A DNA stretch of 64,000 bases from Octopus vulgaris (taxonomy: Eukaryota): positions 558,001-622,000 of the forward strand of contig OX597825.1 of NCBI GenBank assembly GCA_951406725.2, in the 5' to 3' direction. This document shows positions 40,291 through 51,958 of the stretch, in pieces. The notes beneath the pieces were generated by a model, which saw only the letters and a list, made by a program, of their open reading frames with translations, was not told the DNA's origin and ran no database searches. Made by a program: the position numbers and the translations under genes. Each line of letters starts with the position of its first letter. Position 1 is the stretch's first letter.

Positions 40291-42780
40291 AAATCTTTGA
40301 TTCTTTGTCAATATGTCATCTCAAATCTTGATTACTTGTATCTTGTAGTGAGTAGAGAGTACAGGTACACCACTAACTTTCTAGACACTGATGGTCCGGA
40401 ACCTCTTATAATCTTTACTAATTTACAGTAATGTACGGACACCTGTTTTCATTAAATTATTCAAATAAATTTAATATTTAATCTAATTTAGGGTATGTTG
40501 ATCAAGTTGACCACCCTCACTACTTCAGAAAGTCTTTGGAACCAAACGGCCCTGGAAATTTCATCTTGTGCCTGTATGTAATCCTTATCAACACTTTAAA
40601 CAAAACAAGGACATTTTCTGCCTGGCACTGATATTTTGTGTTGTTCTGTTATTAATTAGTTTTGAACTTTGCAATATTACCTATTAAACAATTCCAAATC
40701 TTTCTACGAGATGTAGAATCTTTCTTGCAGCTCTTCAACAGATTCTGCAATAAGAATCAGATAAAAACCTTGATGAATATCTACCTATACTGAATCTACT
40801 GCCAATTCTGACCTTACAGATCTTTTGTACATGACTTAACACCCTCTCTTGAACTATTCGTCTCTACAATGTAGGCTTAAACTTTCACTACGCTGAGAAT
40901 GAGGAGGAGACAATTAAGCCACAAGAGAAAATATATTCAATAAAATTATTTTACATCTAAATTGTATAGACATATATATATATACATACCGATATCTACA
41001 CAAAAACACACATATAATTTATATTAGTGCGTGAATGTGTTATGTAGGAGTACATATATCGCATGTTGTATACAAGTATGTATATAAATGTATGATGTAT
41101 GTGTATGTGGATAGGTACACAGACAACCAGTTCTATCTGTAAGCCATAACATAATGGAATATTTCTCACATGAACATAATATCTCAGAAACGGGCGAGAG
41201 ATATGCGAATTGTTGATGATGTTTACGCCGTTCTGCCTGGCGTTAGTGAAAAGAAATGATATGAAACGGAACACTTAAACCCCGACATAATAAGTAACAT
41301 AAAACTCAAATTTCAAAGTTTGAAATCGAAAACACAAACAGAAAATTCTTGTACGAGATGTGTGTGTGTTTATAGAAATCATTTCTTGTGTGGGTTAAAG
41401 GTCTCATATTTATAGAAAAAGGGGGGAAAAAAGTGATATTTATGTCTTTCAAGAAGACTTTCAAAAATAGACAAAATAATGATAATTATTTAATTTGCAA
41501 CATGTTTTTTATTTTTCGCATTCTGAGTTTTGATTTTTGTACGGTTTTTGTTACCGAAAGATGAAGCAAAACCACTGTTAAAAGTGGAGGGAGGGAGGGA
41601 TAGATGGATAGATATACCACACACTATGTTAAAGATGAGGCTACTGGAGTCCGCTGCTTCTAGTTCACTTGCATATTAAAAGCAAAGCCGACCCCGATGG
41701 TGCTTTGAATGTCAGGTTTAATGAAGCACTGAACATAGACACGCATACACACACGTGTGTGTGAGTGTTGTTTAATCCCCAGGTTAGAAATTGATAAGGC
41801 ACATCTATAATTAAAAGCATTTCAGCTGTAACAATTTAGTCTGGTTTTTCTCTAATACGACCCTATACAGGGATGCATTACTCGGAATACAATGTCCCGA
41901 TATAATTTTTCTTTTAAATTAGTAATTTGAGGGAAATTTGGCTGCTATTTCTAGCACATCAAGGAACTCCTGTATATGTATATATATGTGTGTGTGTGTG
42001 TGTAGTTTATTCTCAGATTAACCCTACTAGAAAACGGCTATAATGAAAGGCATTCTTTTTTCTTTTTTTTCCTGGTCAGAGCGTATCCAGGACTACATTG
42101 ATGTGGCTGTATTTTTAAGAATGCAGTAGGGTGTGATTCAAGGGAATTTGTCTGCTATTTCTAGCAGGCTTCTTCGAGTGCATAATAGTGTGTGTGTGTG
42201 TGCGTGTGTGGATGTTAGTGTCCGTCATCTGTGAAAGCCGCAGCAAGCAGCGAAAAATTTAAGGAGGAATCTTGACTCTGCAAACGACGAGGGAATAGCA
42301 ACGAGATCGATTTTTTTGTGGTTCCTAAATTTTTGTAACCCAAAAAGACATCGGAAAGACTTGCAACAATTCCTGATAATAATAGTTTCTTTTATTATTC
42401 TTCCTAGTTTTGGCAGAAAGCCTAAAATTTTGGGGGAGGAGGATATCATCGACACCAGTGCCCCGAAAAGATGAAATAATAATAATAATGCTGATGATAA
42501 CATTAATAAAAAGTGTTTTTCTCTCCGAAATGCCTCAGCTTTTCTTTTCTTGAGACATCAGCGAAAATAATGAATGCAGCAGGAATAAAGAGAAATACCA
42601 CCATGAATGCTGGCTTGCTTTCTAAATGGTAAAAAGAAATGATTAAACGTTTGCCATGAAAAAGAGTCTGAATATATTTTGAGTAATGTTCTTCTTCTTG
42701 TTCTTGTTATCTCGAAATGGGAACAGGGCGAGAGATGGGAGAAAAGAGAAAGATGGAACGGTTATGAGAGAACAGCTTAC

Positions 42781-43105
42781 CTTAAAGATCTGGCATGTCG
42801 TCCAAATTAACATATCTGAGTTGAATATTCCCCAGGAAATGCTAACTAAAGTTTGTAGTGGGAAGGCGGTTGTGTTGGAAGGCTTCGATGGATGTGGCAC
42901 ATCGCACACAGCTGCCTTGTTTACCTGCAGCGGAGAGGAATGGCAGATCTCGCCTGCAAGTCACACACACTCCTGCCTTCAAGATCTCGGCTACGCGAGA
43001 TTAGGCTACACATATTATATTAAATATATTGAAAGAAATATGTGTGCGCGCAAACACACACACACTACTACATAAATATATCTATATATATATAGATATA
43101 TTTAG

Positions 43106-43139
<34 letters not shown>

Positions 43140-43854
43140 ATGTATGTATGTGTGGGTGTGTTTGTATGTAAGAAACTGTTCATGTGCGAATGGGATCGCG
43201 CACACACACGTACGCCCATGTACATAAATGAACAGATTCGCTCATGCACACAAAAATAAAACATAAACGTATTATCAGAAATACTTATAAATATTTATAT
43301 AATTTATCTTACCAATCCGGCGAGTTTCTCACATACACACCCATTTCACAGACATACAAACACACATTGATACACATACGTATACACACACATATATATA
43401 TTATACAAACACGCTGCGTTGACTCTTCCATTAAAAATTACTCAAATTCGTGATTAATATATTTAAAATTATATTTGACTCTAATAATAATAAATATTAC
43501 ATCTTTTATCTGTTTAATTAGCGATCAATTGCTGTCGTTATTAATTTATCAATTTTATTTAAATTGACATTATATTTTTCTTTTCACTTATTCCCCATTC
43601 CATATTTTTATATATTCACATCACTTGTAGTTCTCTCCCTCGCCTCGTTTAGTATTTAAATTGACATTATATATTTTTTCTTTTCGCTTTTCGTTTATTC
43701 CCCATTCCATATTTTTGTATATACCCATCACTCGTAGTCCTCTCCGTCATTTAGTATGTTTCTCGCGAAGCATCATCGCTATTGCTTGTGCTGACTCTCC
43801 TCAAGAAGACCGTGTCGAAAGACCTTACACCAACTGGAAAATTATACTGAAGTG
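42781..43854. promoter_or_regulatory. Putative shared divergent promoter region, with candidate non-coding first exon of mTOR
   Basis: CpG-retaining unique sequence between the divergent genes. Minus-strand donor-like sites AAG|gtaagc (exon end 42781) and CAG|gtaaac (exon end 42925). The mTOR ATG exon begins with an acceptor, so an upstream exon is expected. Confidence 0.45.
43558..43757. repeat. Diverged tandem duplication of about 98 bp upstream of UBIAD1 copy A
   Basis: tttaaattgacattatat...ttattccccattccatattttt...atcact(t/c)gtagt...tttagtat twice. Confidence 0.85.
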
Positions 43855-44799
43855 ATGCAAAACAATAGCCATGCTAAAGAAGGAAACAAGTGTCGTGTCA
43901 AGAAAACTTCTCTTTCACAGGAATTGTCTAAATACTTAGCAGCCCTTCGACCATGGTCTTTCACATCCTCTTTCACCCCAGTTGCTTTAGGCAGCGCCCT
44001 TGCCTATATGGAGCATGCCGAATTTAGCCTTCTCATATCTTTGGTCACCTGTCTCACTGCCCTCTCTGTCCATGCTGCTGGAAACCTTGTCAACACCTAC
44101 GTCGATTATGTTCGAGGAATCGACACCAAGAAAAAGAAAGATGCTAATCACAAAACATTGGTCGATTCTGTGTTGATGCCGGGTGACATTGCTTGGCTGG
44201 GAGGGTTGTCCTACGTGTTGGGATGCTGTGGATTTTTGTTGCTTGCCTATATTTCTCCTGCCCGCATGGAGCACTTGGCCCTTATTTACTTTGGAGGTTT
44301 ATCCGGAAGTTTCCTTTACACTGGTGGTCTTGGACTGAAGTACGTTGCTCTCGGAGACGTGGTAGTCTTCCTCACTTTTGGTCCCCTTACAGTCGTGTTC
44401 GCCTTTCTTTCACAAACCGGTGAACTATCGAACGAACCCATTTTTTATGCCATCCCTTTAGCTATCAGTGCTGAAGCAGTCCTTCATTGCAATAACACTC
44501 GACATATGGAAAGTGACACGGATGCTGGGATTGTTACCTTAGCCATTCTGCTGGGCCATACTGGCTCCTACATATTGTTCGTGATGCTTTTATTTCTGCC
44601 CTACATTGCCTTTGTCTACTTGGGACTGCATTATTCCAAATGGTATTTTCTACCTCTCTTAACCGTGTTTGAATCCTTTAAATTGGAGAGATATTTTCGT
44701 TACCGTCACTTGGAACAATTGCCTCGGAAAGTGGCACGGTTGAATTTTATTTTTGGACTTCTTTATGTTATAGCTTGTATATTGGCACTAAAACACTGA
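43855..44799 (+). CDS. UBIAD1: UbiA prenyltransferase domain-containing protein 1 (MK-4 synthase/heixuedian family), copy A, single-exon CDS, 314 aa
   Basis: LRPWSF, HAAGNLVNTYVDYVRGID, EHLALIYFGGLSGSFLYTGG, KYVALGD, TFGPL, AGIVTLAILLG; multiple hydrophobic helices; first ATG at 43855. Confidence 0.96.
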   Translation: MQNNSHAKEGNKCRVKKTSLSQELSKYLAALRPWSFTSSFTPVALGSALAYMEHAEFSLLISLVTCLTALSVHAAGNLVNTYVDYVRGIDTKKKKDANHKTLVDSVLMPGDIAWLGGLSYVLGCCGFLLLAYISPARMEHLALIYFGGLSGSFLYTGGLGLKYVALGDVVVFLTFGPLTVVFAFLSQTGELSNEPIFYAIPLAISAEAVLHCNNTRHMESDTDAGIVTLAILLGHTGSYILFVMLLFLPYIAFVYLGLHYSKWYFLPLLTVFESFKLERYFRYRHLEQLPRKVARLNFIFGLLYVIACILALKH

Positions 44800-47404
44800 C
44801 CAAACATTCGCAGCAAGATCCATCAAAAGGCAAAGTATTTATTATTGTTATTTTTATACTTGTTTTTATTATTGTTTTTTGTTATTGATGGAGAAACAGA
44901 TTTGGTAAAGCCTTGCAGTATTCATAGCGTGTTTTTCAGCCTTTCGCGATCGATAAAATAAAGTACCAGTCAAATACTGGGGTCGATTTTGTACTGTGCC
45001 ACTCTGCCATGTGAGGTCCTGTGGGTGAATTGTGTTGAGAAGGCGAAATCAGTAAAGCGGCCGACAAAATTCTTGCGGTATTTCATGTTCCTTTACGTCG
45101 AGGACAAATACTGACAGGGTTTCCGTTTTTGTATCAATAAAATAAACACCTGTAATTACTAGTTACGATATAATCAGGTACATCGATTATACTCTCACCA
45201 ATAGTTGAAATAATAGTTATTAGTGAGACTTTAGAGTGGTTGAAACGGAATGCTAGGTTAACAGGTTCCCTTATGTTCTGAGTTAAAATCATATTGAAGT
45301 AAGGACTTGTCACATACTAGTACCGGTTTCATCGAATAAACCTTTCTACTGTAATTTGTGGCCTTCTATCAATTATGATAGTGTAGTCGTATCCTTGTTT
45401 ATGATGTCTTCAGAATAATTAAAATGCTTCAAAATTTCAAATCAAATTACGCGACTGTTCCACCTGCTAGAAATGGTAGTCATATCACACCCTACGAAGG
45501 CTGAGGAACCATGTCTGAGTAATAGACAGGATGGTCACAACTTTTATGATTAACGATTTACCTACTCGACACAATAATTCACATCCAAGACTTTATATGT
45601 TGATTGTAGAGTACAGAATCGATTATATTGATCTCAGTATTTGACTGGTACTTTATTTTATCGATCTGACTTGTAGGACTTTTTGACCAACGATTCGTTC
45701 TCCTTCAATTAAAACTGACTCGGTGCTAAACAACAATAATGACTTCGACCGTTCGTCATGATTAGCATGAATTATCAATATTATTGGCAGAATTGTTGAA
45801 GTGTGGAAGAAATACTTTGCAGTATTTATTCCAGCTCCTTATTTCTGAGTTCAAATCTCTCTAAGGTCAAGTTTATCTTTCATTCCAAGATCGATAAAAT
45901 AAAGTATCAATCCAGTAGTAAGGATCGGTTTATTCGACTAACCATCTTCTTTCAAGATTGTTGGCCAAAATCAGAAATCAGTTTTCTTCAGGTGCTGCAC
46001 AAATTATTTAGCGCTATTTCCTCCGGCTCTTTATGTCCTGAGATCAAATACTGTCGGAGCCGACTTCGCGTTTCATCCTTTCGAGGTCGATAAGATAAGC
46101 AGCATTTGAGCACCGGGGTCGATGTGAAGATCCTAATCGACCTCGCTCACCCCTCAAAAAATTCATTTATTTTCAAGACAATATTCTCAGTTGAGATAAC
46201 TAATCTTGGTGCTTTACGTTTTCTTCTTTCTTCCTCTCATCTTCTTTAGTTCGCGATCTTTTGTTTCGTGTTCAAACAATCCTTACCACATCCATAATCT
46301 TGATACAAACTAATGTTTCAAGTTCTAGGCTGTAGTTATTGCACAAGGGCATATCTTCTTAAGAAGGTAATCGGTTATATGATTTCTCCACCCAGCTGAT
46401 ATTTTATATAACCACGAATAACACGGGGCATTACTAATTAGTTAATTATATATTTACCACGAGTTAGTTTATGACGATAGACATACACCGGAGAGATACA
46501 TATGTCAAGTTTTAATACCCCTATTTTTTTTTTGTTTTTCACAGTTGCTAATTTTGTTTTGTAAATGACATGTGCTGTTTTCTGAATTATTCTAGTGTGT
46601 TTACAAAAATGCCTCTGTAGCAGATTTTTGCCTCAACTATCGGGGACGGGAGGAAGTCTTTCTAAAATCTGAGTCCCTCTGAATCTACTGAGGCCCTTTT
46701 AAGTTTTAGGGCATCTACATTTAGTCGGGCCCTCTCTGCTATTTTATGTTCTAAGTTAGCAAAACCGTAGCCCCCCCCCCCCGGAAAATGGCCTCGATGT
46801 CCCATCAGACCTAATTCCGGCCCTACTTACGAAGATCCCTAGCAACTCTTTCCTAAGTTGTACTTCACTGTGTCGCCTGAAATGTTTTTCATCACGTTTG
46901 CTCCATAACCTGTGGCTGAAGAAAAATAACAAATAATACGGCAAGTACAGCATCATCAATGATTCTTACGCTGATTACACGAGTCTCCAAGTCAGGGGTC
47001 GGGGAACTTTTTTGGTAACCAATTACACCAAAATATATTTATTTACTCCGACTTTATCCCCCTTAATTTGAAAAGAAGAAAATCGCAGATTCTTTGAATT
47101 CAAAAGGTTTATTGAAAGAACTCGTTTTCTATGTAATTTTACTTACGTCTAATGAGTCCTCATTACCCCTAAGAATTTTATTCTTACCCCACTTCGGGTA
47201 ATTTATCCCGGTTCACCTGCCCTAAGCGGGTGCGTGATCTTTTAGAAATAGTTAGAATTTTCCCTAAAACCACAACCTGCCGTATTAAAAGAGAATGGTC
47301 ACAGTGTATAATAATGTATGTATGCATACACACTCCTGGTCTAATTTAGTCTCTTTTAATATGGTATACGCACACTTAAGCACGGTCGAATAGTTATGAA
47401 GTGT

Positions 47405-48060
47405 GCTCCATCGACTTTGTTTCGTCAAAAGTTCCAGAAAAGTACTTTTTAATAAAATTTTCTCCAACTATCTTTCATATGGTGTAGATTATGATTCTAT
47501 TGAAATTTGTTGTGAAAAAGTGTTTTCGGAGGTGGGAAGGAGTTTCGGGTAATTCCACAATGTTGGATTTGTTTCCTCGTTACTTTATGGAAAATTAATA
47601 TTTTTGTAATGAAATTGTCTACAAATAACTTTCAGATGTACAACATTACGATTACATCGAAATTTAAGAAAAAGAATTGCAAGCACCCATTCATACTAAC
47701 TCTCTTTAGAATATCTTTCGAGTTTCGATTTGTTCATAAGTAAAACGTGTCAGTGTGTGTGTGCGAGCCGACCAATTTTTTTCTTTTACACGTGAAATTC
47801 CAATATAATCATAATTTACACCATCTGAAAGGTATTTGTGGAAAATTACATTAAAAAATACCCAATGTTATAAAAGTTTTGGAGAAACAAAGCCAACTCG
47901 TGTTAGTTTTCCAAAACTCTTTACCCCACTCACGGAAAGCATTTTTTACAAACATTTCCGATATAATCAGAATCTACGTCATCTGAAAGGTATTTGTAGG
48001 AAATTTCACTAAAAAATATTCATTTTTCTGGAAGTTATGAAGAAAGAAATTCGGTGGGGG
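47405..48060. mobile_element. Foldback element with long imperfect inverted arms (shorter relative at 59783-60125)
   Basis: Two subunits (tttgtttc..tctttcagatg..gatta) on the left arm, two inverted subunits (catctgaaaggtatttgt..gaaacaaa) on the right. Confidence 0.7.
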
Positions 48061-48878
48061 ATGATACACTTGAGTGGTGGGTGTTGAAGTTGATCGAACA
48101 TCTAAATGACATCGTCGAAACCAATGGAGATTGCACCATCATCAGATGTACAAGAAGACGGCTTAATCATTCGCTCTCGATCAGGTTTACGAAGTCATAC
48201 TAAACTTAGGATTAAACGATAGCAACACGTGTCGAAAAATGTTGCAGTCCCTCTGCCAACCAATTCTGTTTTGGGCGATGTTAATATTTCATAAAACACC
48301 GTTCAGATTTTTAGAAGTTGGATGCAAAGTCCGGAAAAGGGAAAGATTTCCTTTTGTACTCTCTCTTAAACTTTTTTTTTTTTAATATTATACATGGTGG
48401 AAAATTGATTTCCTTACAATAATAATAATGATGAGAAAGTTATAAAAATAAAAAAAAAATTACTCTTAAAAAGAAACATCATTTCTGTATTATGTATATC
48501 CATGTCTCAATTTGCTTAAACGTTAACTCGATGAAATTTGCCTTACCTTATCAAGATAATAAAACAAAAATTAAAAAAAATCTGAAAATATTTTAACTGA
48601 CATGACTTGTACAAAATTTACATTTGATTGTATTACACACGTGCAAAAAACAAACAAACTGTTATTCAATTTCCTAAGCAAATTAAGACAATGAATAAAA
48701 CAATTTATTGACAATAATATGACATACAAATTGAAAACATCTTACAATAGTATTGTGGGTTTACATGTATATTCAGTATTTTTAATGTTGATGATTATGA
48801 TGAATATTTCAGTCAAATAGACAAAGAAACTCTGCCAGGTTAGGGCTATACTGGGTCATCTATACTGCTCAGCACTTT

Positions 48879-49155
48879 CATCATCATCATCGTTTAACGT
48901 CCGCCTTCTATGCTAGCATGGGTTGGACGATTTTGACTGAGGGCTGGCGAACCAGATGGCTGCACCAGGCCCCAATCTTGATCTGGCAGAGTTTCTACAG
49001 CTGGATGCCCTTCCTAACGCCAACCACTCCGAGAGTGTAGTGGGTGCTTTTTACGTGCCATCAGCATGGGGGCCAGTCAGGTGGTACTGGCAATGACCTT
49101 GCTCGAATCTTTTTACACATGCCACCAGCACAGATGCCAGTAAAGCGACGGACCA
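48879..49155 (-). mobile_element. RTE-type 3' tail copy (other copies approx. 3785-3960, 8985-9170, 12200-12380, 29185-29533, 50770-50913, 52400-52668)
   Basis: Shared (CAT)n-cgtttaacgtcc...ctggatgcccttcctaacgcc motif. Confidence 0.8.
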
Positions 49156-49204
49156 CACATAACAAGTAACTTCCTAGAAAATAAGTGAAATAAATATGTA
49201 TATA

Positions 49205-50520
49205 TTGATTAGGAAAAGAATTAAACTAGATGAGATGTAATTTGGTTTTATTCTTGGGAAGAGTACCACAGATGCCATCTTCCTAGTGAGACAGCCGCAG
49301 GAAAAGTACTTGGCCAAAAGTAAGCCATTGTACTTAGCCTTCGTCAACTTTTAACAGAGAAAGCTTTCAACAGAGTTCCCTGCTCTGTTATATGGTCATC
49401 TCTAAGAAAGTTAGGAGTAGAGGAGTGGCTTGTTAGAGCTGTACAATCCATGTACAGTGGTGGTGTGAGTAGGGTGAAAGTCGGCCATGAATACAGTGAT
49501 GAATTTAGCATACAAGTAGGGGTTCACCAGGGCTCAGTTCTCAGCCCACTCAATCATTATAGTCCTCCAGGCCAGAACAGAAGAAATCAAAACTGGATGC
49601 CCATAGGAACTGCTATATGCTGATGACCTTGCTCTTATTGCAGAATCTTTAGTAGAATTGGAGAAGAAATGCCAGGTATTGAAAGAAAACCTGGAATCAA
49701 AGGGCCTCAAAGTTAACCTAGCAAAGACGAAAGTTGTTAGCAAGAAAGAAGATAAAACTATCATTCCATCAAGTAAATGGCCCTGCTCAATATGTAGGAA
49801 AAGAGTTGGAAGAAATTCCATTCGCTGCCCCCAGTGTAAGCTATGGACACATAAGAGGTGCAGTGGATACAACAGGTAGATTAACAGATAAAGTCATCTT
49901 TGTATGTGGCAGATGTGCAGGAACAATAAGTACTAAGAGCACACAGGACTTAGACTCTCTCAAATGCCCAGGAGGCTCTCTTGAGGTTGTGGATGGTTTC
50001 TTTTATCTAGGTGACCAAATTAGCAATGGTGGAGGATGCTCTTAAAGTATTGTTTCTAGGATAAGAATAGAGTGAAGGAAGTTCAGAGAGCTATTACCTC
50101 TGTTGGCAGCAAAAGGACTCTCTCTCTCTCAGAGTGAAAGGTAGGCTGTATGATGCCTGTGTGTGAATGGCTATACTCCATGGTAGTGGGACATGGGCTC
50201 TAAATGCAGAAGACCTGCATAGACTGGAGAGAAATGAAGGCAGTATGCTCTGTTGGATGTGCAACATCAGTGTGCATGTATGACAAAAGTGCAAATGTAT
50301 TGAGAGGAAAGTTGGGCATAAGGCAAAATCAAATGTAGCATGCAAGAGAGAAGACTATGTTGGTTTGGACATGTGATGTGTATGAATGAGGACAGCTGCA
50401 TAAAGAAGTGGATGGTACCTGTGGAGGAGAGAGACTCAGGAAGACATGGATGGCGTGGTAAGGATCGATCTCAGGATGTTGGGCCTCGTGCAGGAAATGA
50501 CATTGGAGGTATGAGGTTCT
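49205..50520 (+). mobile_element. RTE LINE fragment (RT to C-terminus), stops and frameshifts
   Basis: STTDAIF, LLYADDLALIAES, GLKVNLAKTK, WPCSICRK, YLGDQIS remnants homologous to 53707-55890. Confidence 0.9.
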
Positions 50521-50999
50521 TGAGAAGATCCACCCATGTCAGTGAAACTGAATTCTAGCATAACAAGAAAACTTCTCACACACTCTACCACAACAAACCA
50601 AACTACATCTCTTCTCTTCCTCACATTTTCACTTGATGCACTATGCTTACCTCCCACTCACAAATCCTGTCTCACTGTATCATTGCTGTCCGCTAGTTCC
50701 TGATCTGTGTGTTCCACCCACACATAAGAAAACTTTTCTTACATCCTACCCCAACAAATCAATCTACGTCTCAGTGGTTGCCGTTAGGAAGGGCATCCAA
50801 GTGTAGAAACTCTGCCAAATCAAGATTTGAGCCTGGTGCAGCCATCTGGTTCGCCAGCCCTCAGTCCAACCCATGCTAGCATGGAAAGCGGACGTTAAAC
50901 GATGATGATGATGTCTCTAGACCTCTTCCTCACATTTCCTCCTTCATACTCAATGCCTAGCTCTCACTCCCCAATCCTGTCTTCGCGGCTGGGCATGGT

Positions 51000-51958
51000 T
51001 CAGAAAGCTTCTACCCCTACTGGTGACAATGGGCTTCTTGCTCAGAGTGAAAGGTAGATTGTATGATGCATGTGTGCGAACTGCCATACTTCACGGCAGT
51101 GAAACATGGACCCTGACTGCGGAGGATATGCATAGGCTTGAAAGAAATGAAGCTAGCATGATCCGATGGATGTATAATGTTAGTGTGCACAGACGACAGA
51201 GTGTAAGCACCCTGAGAGAAATGTTAGACATAAGAAGTATCAGATGTGGCATGCAAGAGAGACGTTTTTGTTGGTACGGTCATGTACTGTGGATGGATGA
51301 GTAGAGCTGTGTGAAGAAGTGCCACTCCCAAACAGTTGAAGGAATCCGGGGTAGAGGGAGACCCAGGAAGACATGGGATGAGGTGGTGAAGCATGACCTT
51401 CAAACGCTGGGCCACACAGAGGCAATGACAAAAGACTGACGCCTCTGGAGGTATGCTGTGACTGAGAAAACCCTGCAAATAAACAAATAAAGTGAGTCCA
51501 CAGCTGTAACCTACACTAGTGTCACATAACCAGCCCACTCAAAAGTACCTTGGATTGTAGGGCGACATGCTATGCTTGAGGAGACCTATTGAGTCAAGTA
51601 CATCAACATCAGCAATATAAAAATCGAATCAAATGGAAATTGTAGTTGTGAGCCCCATGCTGGTAGCACATAAAAAGCACAATCCAAATGTGGCCAATGC
51701 TTTGACTGGCTTCCATGTTGGTGGCATGTAAAAAGCACCATCTGATCATGGTCGATGCCAGCTCCTCTGGCCTCTGTGCCAGTGACATATAAAAAGTACC
51801 CACTACACTTATGGAGTGGTTGGCGTTAGGGAGGGCCTCCAGCTGTAGAAACACTGCCTGGTCAGATCAGGACCTGGTGTAGCCTCCTGGCTTCCTAGAC
51901 CCCAGTTGAACCGTCCAACCCATGCCAGCATGGAAAACAGGCGTTAAACGATGATGAT
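51000..51958 (+). mobile_element. RTE LINE 3' portion with (GAT)n tail
   Basis: RVKGRLYDACVR...WYGHV ORF remnant, same 3'UTR and tail as 53707-55890. Confidence 0.9.

Noticed and set aside
42686-43075. 129-aa ORF upstream of UBIAD1
   Set aside because: No recognisable homology, low-complexity ends, and it overlaps the likely promoter/5'UTR.
43852-43854. GTG start for UBIAD1 copy A from the ORF track
   Set aside because: Eukaryotic gene; an in-frame ATG follows at 43855.
44503-44505. A-to-I editing restoring the catalytic Asp
   Set aside because: CAT can be edited only to CGT (Arg), not to GAT.
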